A stretch of 64,000 nt of DNA from Phycisphaerales bacterium (GCA_965227335.1 CBDDFV010000001.1:771627-835626); one strand, 5' to 3'; shown: positions 8,181-17,801, counted from the stretch's first letter. Notes: generated by a model not told the origin, from the letters alone. Translations and numbers: made by a program.

Positions 8181-9920
8181 ATGCGCGCACGATGGATCAT
8201 GGCGGCGATCATGCTGCTCGCCGGCGTGGCGGACGCCCGCGCGGGCGACGTCGGCCCGCGTCTCGACGAAATGTGCCGCCGCGCCGAAACCCTCGGCTTC
8301 TCCGGCGCCGTGTTCTGCCTCGACGGCGATGAGGTCGTGCTGAAGCAGGGCTACGGACTCGCGAACCGCGATGAGAACCGCCCCGCGACTCCGGACACCC
8401 TCTTCGACATCGGCTCCCTCACCAAGCAGTTCACCGCCGCCGCCATCCTGCGTCTCGAGATGGACGGCGCGCTGAAGACGTCCGACACGCTCGATCGGTT
8501 CTTCCCCGACCTCCCGCCCGACAAGGCGGGGGTCACACTCCACCACCTGCTCACCCACACCAGCGGACTCAGCGTCATCGGCTCGCCCATGGCGCCCTCG
8601 TTTGACGAGAGCGTTAGCGCGGCCACCACGCGACGCGAAGAACTCGTCGATGCGTTCCGACTCGCGCCGATCGCCGCTCCGCCCGGCTCACGCTTCATGT
8701 ACTCCAACGCGGGCTACATGCTCCTCGCCGCCGTCGTCGAAGTCGCCGGCGAACAACCCTTCGAGACGTATCTGCGCGATCACCTCTTCGCCCCGGCCGG
8801 CATGACCGGGACGACCTTCTGCCAGGATCGCACCACCGCCGCCCCCGTCGCGATGGGCTACCAGGGCGACCGCGTCGTGAACAGCGCCGTCGACGGCTGG
8901 TATTCCTGGGGCCTGCGCGGCGCCGGCGGGTGCCTCTCGACACTCAACGACCTCATCCAATGGGAACGCGCCCTGCGGACTCACACGATCCTCTCCGCCG
9001 AAGCGACGGAAAGGCTCTTCACGCCCTTCCTCAACGACTACGGCTACGGCTGGTCGATCAACCGCACCGAGGAGAAGGACCTCCTCTGGATCAACCACGG
9101 CGGCGACACCCGCGGCTTCTCCGCCAAGTACTATCGCTGGCCCGAACTCAACCGCACCGTCGTCTGGCTGACCAACGATCGCGCCGTCGGCTACTTTCTG
9201 CCCACTCACCTCGCGTTCGCCGCCGCGCAGGAGACCCACGTCATGCCGCCGAAGGCGGCGGAGGTCGACAAGACGACGCTGGCGTCCATGGTCGGCGTCT
9301 ACGTCGCGGCGGCGGGCGTGCCGAAGATGCGTATCACCCGCGATGACCGAGGCGTCATCACGTGCGCGCTCGTCGAAACGCCACGCCGCGCCGACATGCT
9401 CGACATCGCGGTCGACGACACCCGTCGTCTGCTGCTCGCCCTTGATCTCGAGGATGTCGACATGCTCGAGGGCTACCTCGCGCCGCGCTGGGATCAGTAC
9501 GGCCGTTGGGCGGATCGTGCGCTGACCTACTGGCGGGACGAGGTTGTGCGGATGCACGGCGCGGTGACGAACATCTCGAATCCGGAGGTGGGGTTCGATC
9601 CGCAGACCGATCACATTCAGACCGCGGTCACGCTCACCCACGAGTCGGGCCGGCGCACCCGCTTCGGCTTCATGTGGGTGAACGGCCGCCTGCAGGGGTT
9701 TCAGGAGAACCCGCCGTGGCGACCCGCCGGCCGCGAAGTGGCGACGATGTCCGTCGGCGCCGTTCCCACCGATGCGCAGACGCTGACGCTCTGGGACCTG
9801 CCGATGATGCAGCCCGCGGGCACGCTGCGATTCGACGGCGACGCCGTGGTGTGGACCGATGCGGATGGAAGCACAGTGAATCTGCAACCGTCGGCCGGGA
9901 TCCCCTCCCGACAACCGTGA
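8181..9920 (+). CDS. serine hydrolase (beta-lactamase/PBP4*-like family)
   Basis: SxxK motif in IGSLTKQF. Signal-like N-terminus MRARWIMAAIMLLAGVADA. GAGGAGG SD upstream of ATG 8181. Confidence 0.8.
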   Translation: MRARWIMAAIMLLAGVADARAGDVGPRLDEMCRRAETLGFSGAVFCLDGDEVVLKQGYGLANRDENRPATPDTLFDIGSLTKQFTAAAILRLEMDGALKTSDTLDRFFPDLPPDKAGVTLHHLLTHTSGLSVIGSPMAPSFDESVSAATTRREELVDAFRLAPIAAPPGSRFMYSNAGYMLLAAVVEVAGEQPFETYLRDHLFAPAGMTGTTFCQDRTTAAPVAMGYQGDRVVNSAVDGWYSWGLRGAGGCLSTLNDLIQWERALRTHTILSAEATERLFTPFLNDYGYGWSINRTEEKDLLWINHGGDTRGFSAKYYRWPELNRTVVWLTNDRAVGYFLPTHLAFAAAQETHVMPPKAAEVDKTTLASMVGVYVAAAGVPKMRITRDDRGVITCALVETPRRADMLDIAVDDTRRLLLALDLEDVDMLEGYLAPRWDQYGRWADRALTYWRDEVVRMHGAVTNISNPEVGFDPQTDHIQTAVTLTHESGRRTRFGFMWVNGRLQGFQENPPWRPAGREVATMSVGAVPTDAQTLTLWDLPMMQPAGTLRFDGDAVVWTDADGSTVNLQPSAGIPSRQP

Positions 9921-9949
9921 GACACGTCCGCTCGCGGCGCCGGGTTCCG

Positions 9950-10011
9950 GCCGCCCGCGCGGACCATTTCCGGTTGTTGTCTTATGAAGAAACGCGCCGC
10001 CCGCGCGGACC
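9950..10011 (+). repeat. 16-nt direct repeat pair upstream of the ECF sigma gene
   Basis: GCCGCCCGCGCGGACC at 9950-9965 and again at 9996-10011 (exact), 46 nt apart start to start. The second copy ends about 110 nt upstream of ATG 10122. Confidence 0.6.
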
Positions 10012-10121
10012 GACCCGATCAGATCGGGACATGGGCCGCGCCATCCATTATCGTGCAGATGTCGATGAGTCGCCGGTCCGCCATCCTCCGGGATGACGAT
10101 CGGCGGCGAGGAGACTGTGGT

Positions 10122-10712
10122 ATGGGCGAGACGCCGTCGGAAGATCCGGTCACGCGAATCCGCGCTTCCTTCGCGGCGGGACGCAGCGCAGCGTCAGACG
10201 CCGAGATCGCTTCCCTCTACGACGAACTGCACGCCATGGCCGATGCGTTCTTTCGCGATCAGCGACCCGGACACACGCTCCAGCCCACGGCGCTCGTCCA
10301 CGAAGCGTTTCTGAAGCTGGCGGACGCAAACGGCGACCAGCCTCGCACCCGCGGACAGTTCTTCGCCCTCGCGTCCGCGGTCATGCGTCACATCCTCGTC
10401 GACCACGCCCGCGCCCGCATGGCCGCGAAGCGGGGCGGCGGCTGGGAGCGTCTCACTCTCAGCGGGATCGCCTCCGGCGGCGGCGACCATCCGGATCGCA
10501 TCGACCTGCTCGCCCTCGAAGAAGCGCTGCAGAAGCTCCACGCGCTCGATCCCGATGACGCCACGCTCGTCGAACTGCGGTTCTTCGGCGGTCTGACGTC
10601 GGACGAAGCCGCCGAGATCGTCGGTCTCACCCGCCACCAGGCGATTCACCGCTGGACCGCCGTCCGCGCGTGGCTCGCCGAGGAACTTGCGGAACAGGAT
10701 CGCACCCCGTGA
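10122..10712 (+). CDS. ECF-type RNA polymerase sigma factor (Sigma70_ECF/PF07638-like)
   Basis: LYDELHAMADAFFRDQRPGHTLQPTALVHEAFLKL, ILVDHARARMAAKRGGG and VELRFFGGLTSDEAAEIVGLTRHQAIHRW match the family. ATG 10122 has a GGAG about 9 nt upstream. Confidence 0.8.
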   Translation: MGETPSEDPVTRIRASFAAGRSAASDAEIASLYDELHAMADAFFRDQRPGHTLQPTALVHEAFLKLADANGDQPRTRGQFFALASAVMRHILVDHARARMAAKRGGGWERLTLSGIASGGGDHPDRIDLLALEEALQKLHALDPDDATLVELRFFGGLTSDEAAEIVGLTRHQAIHRWTAVRAWLAEELAEQDRTP

Positions 10713-13588
10713 CCCCGGAGCAGTACAGACGAGCACGCTCGATCTTTGAAGAAGCCTGCGGGCAGTCGCCGTCCCGCTGGGGCGACTTCGTCGAGGAACA
10801 GGCCGCCGACGATCCCGACGTCGCGGCGAAGGTCCGCGCCATGCTCCGGCGCCACGAGCATGGCGGCGGGTTGATCGACCTCGCGGAGCGCGGCCGCGTC
10901 GTCAGTCTCGAACCGTCCGCCGCGCCGAAACACCCCGACGCGATCCACGACTATCGCATCATCGAACTGATCGGCCAGGGCGGCATGGGACGCGTCTACA
11001 AAGCCGAGCAGTCCCGCCCCCGCCGCTTCGTCGCGATCAAGCTGCTGGCCCCCGGACTCATGTCGCCGTCCATGCTGCGACGCTTCACCCACGAGGCGGA
11101 GGTGCTCGGTCGCCTCCAGCATCCCGGGATCGCCGCCATCCTCGAAGCCGGGACCTTCGATCAGGGCGACGGCGCACAGCCGTATTTCGCCATGGAGTAC
11201 ATCGAGGGCGCGTCGCTGCAACGGTACGTCGACACCCGCGACCTGGACGTCCGCGGCCGCATCGAACTCGTCGTCGCCGTCGCCGACGCCGTGCAGCACG
11301 CCCATCAGCGAGGCGTGATCCACCGTGACCTCAAGCCCGACAACGTGCTCGTTGATGCTGACGGCGCGCCGAAGATCCTCGACTTCGGCGTCGCCCGCGT
11401 CACCGACGCGGACCTTCAGATCACGATGATTCAGACTGCGGTCGGTCAGATCATCGGAACGCTCGCGTATATGAGCCCCGAGCAATGCGCGGCGGATCCG
11501 GACGCCATCGACACCCGCGCCGATGTCTACTCGCTCGGCGTGATGCTCTACGAACTGATCACCGGGCAGCCCCCGTACGAACTGCAGGGACGAGCGATTC
11601 ACGACGCCGTCTCCACGATTCAGACTCGCGTCCCGCCGCCCCTGAGTCGGATCGACGTCCGCTTCCGCGGCGACCTCGAGACGATTGTCGCCCGAGCCCT
11701 GGAGAAGAATCCCGACGATCGCTATCAGTCCGCCCACGAACTCCGGGACGACCTGGTGCGGTACCTGAACGACGAACCGATCCTCGCCCGACCGCCGTCC
11801 GCCCTCGAACAGATCACCAGGCTCGCACGCCGTCACCGCGGGGCGGCGGCGGCGCTCACGGCCCTTGTCATCGTGCTCATCGGCGCGACGGCGGTCAGCA
11901 CGTTCTTTGCGATCAATGCGGCCCGCGCCCGCGACACCGCCCTCCTCCGGGCCGATGAGTACGAGGCGGCGAACCAGTTCATGGAGCGAGTCTTCGAACA
12001 GGCGGATCCGTGGCAGGCGGGAGCGACGGTCTCCATCGCCACCGCGCTTGATCAGGCCGCCCGCCTCGTGGGCGAGGAGTTCGCCGATCAGCCGCGGGTG
12101 GAGGCGTCGGTCCGCGTGACCATCGGCCGGTCGTACTTCGGCCTCGGCATGCACCAGGAATCGGTCGCGCAACTCGAGCGTGCGGTCGAACTGCGGCGCG
12201 TCGAACTTGATCCAGCTCATCCCGAGGTCCTGCAGGCGGAAGTCGCGCTCGCTCGCTCCGAGAGCGCCGACGGCGATCGCGCGGGGGCGCGAGATCGACT
12301 CGTCGACGCGCTCGCCCGCATCGAGCAGCTTCGCCCGGCTGATCCGCTGCTGATTGCGGAGGCGTGCTACTACCTCGCCCAGGCGCTCTCGCACCTGAAC
12401 GAACAAGGTGAAGCGATGGAGAACCTCGATCGCGCGCTGACCCTGCGCACCGAGATCCTCGGTCCGCTTCACGATGAGACCATCGATGTCCTTCTTCAGA
12501 TCGCATCGAGTCGGCTCGCCTGGGGACAGCTCGACGAAGCGGAGGCCAGTCTCCGGAAGGCGCGGGACGCCCTCGCCCGAGCCGGTCGCGACGAGGATCC
12601 CCGGCAGATCATGGCGATCAGCTTCCTTGGAGACATCGCCTACGAGCGCGGCGATTTCGCGGCTGCCGAACAGCACTATCTGGCCTCCATCGCGTTGAGC
12701 GACAACGTACTCGAGTCCGACCACCCCAGCGCCGCGATCACCCGCAGCGGACTGGCCAGCGTGTACAAGGCGCAGGGACGACTTGAGGACGCCGAGCCGC
12801 TCTCGCGCCAGGTGCTCGAAATGTACCGCGAGAGCATGGGCCCGGATCACCATTACACGTTCGGCGCCATGGACAACCTCGGCGCGATCCTGTCCGATCA
12901 GGGACGGTACGGCGAGGCGGAGCCGCTGATCCTCGAGGCGCTCGAGGCGAGGCGGGCGCAGTTCGGCGATGATCATCCCGCGGTCGGCCAGAGCTGGCAG
13001 ACGCTCGGTGTGCTTGCCGCCCGTCGGGGCGATCCGGAGCAAGCGGTCGAGTACACCCGCAAGTCCGTCGACGTCTTCCGCCGCCCCGACGGCGGCCTGA
13101 CCGTCAGCGCGGCGACCTCCCTCGCGAACCTCGGCTCGCTCCTGCTTCGGCTGGATCGCCACGAAGACGCCGCGGACGCGTTCGGTGAAGTCGTCGATTA
13201 CGAACGCGAAACGCTGGCGCCTGATCACATCTACCTCGTCTATGACCTCAATTCGTACGCCCGAGCACTGCGGCAGACCGGCCGGCTCGACGACGCGCAG
13301 ACCGCGTCCCAGGAAGCCCTGGCGATTCTCGAGCGTGGCGACACGCCGCAGCACCAGTCACCCAGTCTCCGCGGGACGACCCATCGCATCGCGGGCGAAA
13401 CGCTCCTCGACATGGAGGGAGATGACGATCGCGCCGCCGGGGCTGCGCACCTGGAGCAGGCATGGACGTTCTTCACCGAAGCGGAGCAGGCCGACGACGC
13501 CGCAGCGGTGGCGGAGCGGTTAGCGTTGTACTTTGAGGATCGCGACGCCGAGGCGGCCACGACGTGGCGTGAACGCACCTCTTCGTAG
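10709..13588 (+). CDS. serine/threonine protein kinase with C-terminal TPR repeats
   Basis: GTG 10709 overlaps the sigma stop (GTGA). Kinase motifs IGQGGMGRV, VAIK, HRDLKPDN, DFG, SPE. One TM (LTALVIVLIGATAVSTFFAI) followed by more than 500 aa of TPR-like repeats. Confidence 0.9.
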   Translation: MTPEQYRRARSIFEEACGQSPSRWGDFVEEQAADDPDVAAKVRAMLRRHEHGGGLIDLAERGRVVSLEPSAAPKHPDAIHDYRIIELIGQGGMGRVYKAEQSRPRRFVAIKLLAPGLMSPSMLRRFTHEAEVLGRLQHPGIAAILEAGTFDQGDGAQPYFAMEYIEGASLQRYVDTRDLDVRGRIELVVAVADAVQHAHQRGVIHRDLKPDNVLVDADGAPKILDFGVARVTDADLQITMIQTAVGQIIGTLAYMSPEQCAADPDAIDTRADVYSLGVMLYELITGQPPYELQGRAIHDAVSTIQTRVPPPLSRIDVRFRGDLETIVARALEKNPDDRYQSAHELRDDLVRYLNDEPILARPPSALEQITRLARRHRGAAAALTALVIVLIGATAVSTFFAINAARARDTALLRADEYEAANQFMERVFEQADPWQAGATVSIATALDQAARLVGEEFADQPRVEASVRVTIGRSYFGLGMHQESVAQLERAVELRRVELDPAHPEVLQAEVALARSESADGDRAGARDRLVDALARIEQLRPADPLLIAEACYYLAQALSHLNEQGEAMENLDRALTLRTEILGPLHDETIDVLLQIASSRLAWGQLDEAEASLRKARDALARAGRDEDPRQIMAISFLGDIAYERGDFAAAEQHYLASIALSDNVLESDHPSAAITRSGLASVYKAQGRLEDAEPLSRQVLEMYRESMGPDHHYTFGAMDNLGAILSDQGRYGEAEPLILEALEARRAQFGDDHPAVGQSWQTLGVLAARRGDPEQAVEYTRKSVDVFRRPDGGLTVSAATSLANLGSLLLRLDRHEDAADAFGEVVDYERETLAPDHIYLVYDLNSYARALRQTGRLDDAQTASQEALAILERGDTPQHQSPSLRGTTHRIAGETLLDMEGDDDRAAGAAHLEQAWTFFTEAEQADDAAAVAERLALYFEDRDAEAATTWRERTSS

Positions 13589-13613
13589 GTCGGGTCCACG
13601 ACCCGACACGAAC
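13586..13613 (+). repeat. REP-like palindromic element fused to the stop codon (copy 2, variant stem)
   Basis: TAG GTCGGGTC CAC GACCCGAC ACGAAC, immediately after the kinase TAG stop. Confidence 0.65.
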
Positions 13614-13635
13614 TCATCACGGGTGATTCGATGGG

Positions 13636-13648
13636 GGGTCGTGGACCC
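13636..13648. repeat. degenerate inverted partner of copy 2
   Basis: GGGTCGTGGACCC equals the reverse complement of the core of copy 2 (GGGTCCACGACCC), 28 nt downstream. Confidence 0.5.
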
Positions 13649-13940
13649 AACCGACGCGACTCATCTTCCGACACCGTCGGCAGGTCGCGCCTTCCGTCCA
13701 CGATCCGCCAGATTTCGACGCGTTCGTGCGCGGCATCGACCGCATAGCACTCCAGATGGTTCCGGAATCCATGGTCCGGCGCCATGCGGAGGTTGACGGC
13801 TGCCGACGCGACGACATCCTGCCGTCGACCCGTTGCAGGATGCTCCGCGAGTTGCTCGCAAAGTCGGCGAGGCGCCGTGGGGGCGCGACAGCCATCGCCA
13901 CCGTCGTAGTCGCCGGTCGACGACCGCGAACTGATTGCCG

Positions 13941-13969
13941 GATCGATGTCGGGATACGATCCCGACCTA
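13941..13969 (-). repeat. REP-like palindromic element fused to the stop codon (copy 3)
   Basis: On the minus strand: TAG GTCGGGAT CGT ATCCCGAC ATCGATC. The first 26 nt are identical to copy 1 except for one loop base. Follows the top6B TAG stop. Confidence 0.7.
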
Positions 13970-15862
13970 TCGCTTCTTCTTCACCTTCCGCCGGATCTTC
14001 TTCTTCCGCTTCGGCGGCGCCTCGTCGTCCCCGCCGAACAAGGTCCCGTTCACGGGCGCCTCGTCGTCGTCATCGGAGCCATCGCCGTTCCCGGTGATGA
14101 CGTCCCGCCGGTCCTCGACGATGATGACGTCGTCATCCTTCGCGAGACGCCCGCCGTCATCCACGACGTTGCCGTCCTCGTCAAGCACCTGGTCCGCCTC
14201 CTGCGTCCGACGTTGCGCCTGCCGCAGCAGCGCCTCGTACAGCGCCGCCGCGTCCGCCCCGGTGATGTCGTGGCACGCGGTCGCGATCTCGCCGATGTAC
14301 CGCTCAAAGATCGAACGACGCTCCGACTCCCGACGCATCTTCTTCCGCCGCCGCAGATACGTTCCCAGCTTGCGGCCGCACTCCTGCAGGGCGAGCTTCA
14401 TTTCCTTGCGGATGTCGTCGTAGTCGGCGATGGCTTCCTTCGACTCGCTCGTGAACGGCACCCAGACCGACGCCATGTGCACCATGATCACGAGCGGGCC
14501 CACCGGCAGCCCGCCGCGCGGCTGCGAGAGGTTGTAGTTCTTCCACCCCGTCTCGACCACCGCCTTGAAGGAGCAGCACGCCGACTGCTGATACAGCAGA
14601 GGCACCCGGTTCGCGAACCGCAGCACCCGCGCCGATTCATCGCCCGCCAGGGCGCCGCCGTACGCGATCGCGACCTCGATCTGGAACGGGTTTCCGCGAT
14701 ACACCGCGGGCGGACGCGTCGCCGCCGCGAAGAACTCCGCCTTTACTTCCTTGAGCAGACCCGCCAGCAACGCCCGCGACCCGATCGGGACGAGACAGTT
14801 GGTGGGGGGGTTGGAGATCCGCGTCTCCTGAATGGCGTCGTACAACGCCTCCGCCTCCGCGTGTCCGATCTGCTTCACCCACGAGCGGTTCGTCAGCTTC
14901 GCCTTCGTGCAGATCTCCTTCGCCTTCGTCGCCCCCACGCGGCAGAAGTCGTTCTGCAGGAACGCCCCGAGCTGCTTCGACTCCGTGCGCTCGATCATCT
15001 GGATCAGCGTGCCGAGTTCGATGCCCTTCGGATGCGGCTTGATCTCCGTCGGCTCCTCCGGCAGTTCGTCCACCGCCCGCGGAAACTCGATCGTCTCGTT
15101 CGCCGGCGTGATGTACGTGACCGACGCGTGCGGGTTCGCGATCGCCGTCTGCTCGAGATACTCGTCGATCGACTGCCGACCCTTCTGGTACCGGCCCTCG
15201 AGTTCGATCACCACCTGCGTGCCGTGCCCGTCCGGGAAGAGCGCATCGTCCTCCGGATGCTCCTGGTCCGAGACGATCTCCGCCTTGTTCTTCATCGTGT
15301 CCATCTTGAGGCGGACTTCGTGGGCCGGCTTGCGCTTCGACGTCTTGGAGATGATCAGCACCGGCTTCCCGGTCGTCATCAATCCGTACATGCCCGCCGC
15401 CGAGATCCCGATGCCCTGCTGGCCCCGGCTCATCTTCATCCGGTGGAACTTCGAGCCGTAGAGCAGCTTGCCGAAGATGTTGTCGATCTGCTTCCGCACG
15501 ATCCCCGGCCCGTTGTCCCGAATCGTGATCTTGAACCGCGTCTCGCTGAGCTGCAGCACCTGCACGAAGATCGTCGGCAGAATCGACGCCTCCTCGCACG
15601 CGTCAAGGGCGTTGTCCACCGCCTCCTTGATCGTGGTCAGCATCGCCTTCCGCGGATTGTCGAACCCGAGCAGGTGACGGTTCTTCGCAAAGAACTCAGA
15701 GACCGAGATCTCACGCTGCTTCGCCGCCATCGACTCCGCGGTCGCGGCGGTCCGGGCCTTCTTCTTCCGCGTCGGTGCGCTCGACTTCCCGTCGCTCTTC
15801 GTCGTTGGCTTCTTACCCATGCTGGATCGGGACGCGTCGGCGGCGGGGGTCAGGGTGGTCAT
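13967..15862 (-). CDS. top6B: DNA topoisomerase VI subunit B
   Basis: 631 aa. GHKL/Bergerat fold and transducer motifs read directly: SVSEFFAKNRHLLGFDNP, EAVDNALDA, IRDNGPGI, SRGQQGIGISAAG, RFANRVPLLYQQSACC, VHMASVWVPFTSESKEAIA. GGAG SD 7 nt upstream of ATG 15862. Confidence 0.9.
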   Translation of the reverse strand: MTTLTPAADASRSSMGKKPTTKSDGKSSAPTRKKKARTAATAESMAAKQREISVSEFFAKNRHLLGFDNPRKAMLTTIKEAVDNALDACEEASILPTIFVQVLQLSETRFKITIRDNGPGIVRKQIDNIFGKLLYGSKFHRMKMSRGQQGIGISAAGMYGLMTTGKPVLIISKTSKRKPAHEVRLKMDTMKNKAEIVSDQEHPEDDALFPDGHGTQVVIELEGRYQKGRQSIDEYLEQTAIANPHASVTYITPANETIEFPRAVDELPEEPTEIKPHPKGIELGTLIQMIERTESKQLGAFLQNDFCRVGATKAKEICTKAKLTNRSWVKQIGHAEAEALYDAIQETRISNPPTNCLVPIGSRALLAGLLKEVKAEFFAAATRPPAVYRGNPFQIEVAIAYGGALAGDESARVLRFANRVPLLYQQSACCSFKAVVETGWKNYNLSQPRGGLPVGPLVIMVHMASVWVPFTSESKEAIADYDDIRKEMKLALQECGRKLGTYLRRRKKMRRESERRSIFERYIGEIATACHDITGADAAALYEALLRQAQRRTQEADQVLDEDGNVVDDGGRLAKDDDVIIVEDRRDVITGNGDGSDDDDEAPVNGTLFGGDDEAPPKRKKKIRRKVKKKR

Positions 15863-15992
15863 GCGGGAGCTCCATCTCCGTCAGATCGGCCGGATCCCTC
15901 CGACCGCTGCACAGCGTACCGCATCCCGCGGCTTCCGGCCTCCGCCCCCGGCCCCGACCGGCCAGCCCGATTGCAACCTCCCGGCCGGACCC

Positions 15993-15998
15993 TATCCT
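15993..15998 (+). promoter_or_regulatory. -10-like box TATCCT, 6 nt upstream of abgT ATG
   Basis: TATCCT-cgcggc-ATG. No SD. Confidence 0.4.
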
Positions 15999-16004
15999 CG
16001 CGGC

Positions 16005-17801
16005 ATGAGCGACCTCAATCCCTCCGACCCGCTGCCCTCGCCCCCGCCCGCCGATGAGCCGAAGAAACCCTCCGGCTGGTTTGCGAAATTCCTCGCCGTC
16101 GTGGAGTGGCTCGGCAACTGCCTGCCCCACCCCGTCACGCTGTTCTTCCTGTTCGCGGTCGCCATCGTCATCCTCTCCGGACTCGCCGCCTACTTCGACC
16201 TCACCGTCCTCGACCCCCGGCCGGAAGGCTCCCGCGGACGCGCGGCGGACGGGATCATCCGCGTCAACTCGCTCATGTCCGGCGAAGGCGTTCGCTGGAT
16301 GTTCCAGAATCTCGTCTCCAACTTCGTCGGCTTCGCCCCCCTCGGCACCGTCCTTGTCGCCCTCCTCGGCGTCGGCGTCGCCGAACGATCCGGACTCCTC
16401 AGCGCCATCATCCGCAAGATGATCCTCGCCGCCCCGCCGTCGCTCGTCACCGTCGTCATCGTCTTCGGCGGCGTCCTCAGCAACACCGCGTCGGAAATGG
16501 GCTACGTCGTGATCATCCCGCTCGCGGCGGCGGTGTTCTATTCCATCGGACGCCATCCGCTCGCCGGACTCGCCGCCGCGTTCGCCGGCGTCTCCGGCGG
16601 CTACAGCGCGAACCTCGTCATCGGCACCGTCGATCCCCTCCTCGCCGGGATCACCCAGGAAGCCGCCCGCTACATCGACCCCGCCTACGAAGTTCACGCC
16701 GCCGTCAACTGGTACTTCATGGCCGTCTCCGTCCCGATGATCACGGTCATCGGCACGTGGGTCACCGCGAAGATCGTCGAACCCCGCCTCGGCAAGTACG
16801 ACCCCGCCCTCGCCGACGAATCCGTCGAGAAGAACCCGAAGCTCGAACAGCTCACCTCCGCCGAAGTGCGGGGCCTCAAGTGGGCGGGCCTCGCCACCCT
16901 CGTCGGCATCCTCTTCATTGTCTACCTCGCCGGACCGCAGGCCACCGCCGCCGTCGGCGTCGACGACCTCGCGGCGGTCAAACATGACCAGCTCTGGACC
17001 CAGGTCGATCTCGACGCCGCGCCGAAGATGGACGACAAGGCCGTCTACAACGCGCCCGTCGCCGAGGGGCTCGGCGGCTTCGTCAACAAGATCGTCCTGA
17101 ACATCCCCGGCTGGGGCGTCCTCCGCGACCCCGTCAACAACGCCCTCATGCCCTCGCCGTTCCTGCGCAGCGTGGTCGCGATGATCTTCATCTTCTTCAT
17201 CCTGCCCGGATTCGTGTACGGCCGGGTGGCGGGCACGATGAAGAACGACGAGGACATCATCAACGCCATGGCGCACCAGATGAACACGATGGGGCTGTAT
17301 ATCGTGCTCGTGTTCTTCGCCGCGCAGTTCGTGGCGTTCTTCGGCTACACGAATCTCGGACAGATTCTCGCGGTGCTGGGGGCGGACGCGATCCGGGCGA
17401 TGAATCTCGACAACCCGCTCGTCTTCATCCCGTTCATCCTGATGTGCTGCTTCGTCAACCTCATGCTCGGCAGCGCGTCGGCCCAGTGGGCGGTGACCGC
17501 GCCGATCTTCGTCCCCATGCTCATGACCGTCGGCTACACGCCCGAGGTGATCCAGGCCGCGTACCGGATCGGCGACTCCACGACGAACATCATCACCCCC
17601 ATGATGAGCTACTTCGGACTCATCCTCGCCTTCGCCGTGAAGTACGACCGCAAGCTCGGCATCGGCACCCTCGTCGCCACGATGCTGCCGTACTCGATCT
17701 GCTTCCTGCTCGGCTGGATCGTCCTGTTCTACACGTGGGTCTTCCTGCTCGGGATCCCGGTCGGTCCCGGGACCGAGATTCTCTACACGCCCGGCGGCTG
17801 A
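16005..17801 (+). CDS. abgT: AbgT family transporter (p-aminobenzoyl-glutamate/antimetabolite transporter family)
   Basis: Polytopic membrane protein. N-terminal WFAKFLAVVEWLGNCLPHPVTLF and overall architecture typical of AbgT/MtrF/YdaH. ATG 16005 (MSDLNPSD) lies 6 nt after a TATCCT box. Confidence 0.85.
   Translation: MSDLNPSDPLPSPPPADEPKKPSGWFAKFLAVVEWLGNCLPHPVTLFFLFAVAIVILSGLAAYFDLTVLDPRPEGSRGRAADGIIRVNSLMSGEGVRWMFQNLVSNFVGFAPLGTVLVALLGVGVAERSGLLSAIIRKMILAAPPSLVTVVIVFGGVLSNTASEMGYVVIIPLAAAVFYSIGRHPLAGLAAAFAGVSGGYSANLVIGTVDPLLAGITQEAARYIDPAYEVHAAVNWYFMAVSVPMITVIGTWVTAKIVEPRLGKYDPALADESVEKNPKLEQLTSAEVRGLKWAGLATLVGILFIVYLAGPQATAAVGVDDLAAVKHDQLWTQVDLDAAPKMDDKAVYNAPVAEGLGGFVNKIVLNIPGWGVLRDPVNNALMPSPFLRSVVAMIFIFFILPGFVYGRVAGTMKNDEDIINAMAHQMNTMGLYIVLVFFAAQFVAFFGYTNLGQILAVLGADAIRAMNLDNPLVFIPFILMCCFVNLMLGSASAQWAVTAPIFVPMLMTVGYTPEVIQAAYRIGDSTTNIITPMMSYFGLILAFAVKYDRKLGIGTLVATMLPYSICFLLGWIVLFYTWVFLLGIPVGPGTEILYTPGG

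Noticed and set aside
13240-13785. Minus-strand ORF in the kinase/top6B convergent spacer. A short stretch (ECYAVDAAHERVEIWRIVDG) faintly resembles the C-terminal EYWIVDP...VEVYR region of Uma2/DUF820 endonucleases, so it might be a gene relic.
   Set aside because: Only about 20 residues resemble the family. The upstream in-frame sequence shows none of the expected catalytic motifs. The ORF runs 350 nt into the kinase coding region. At best it is a degraded fragment that cannot be supported without a search.
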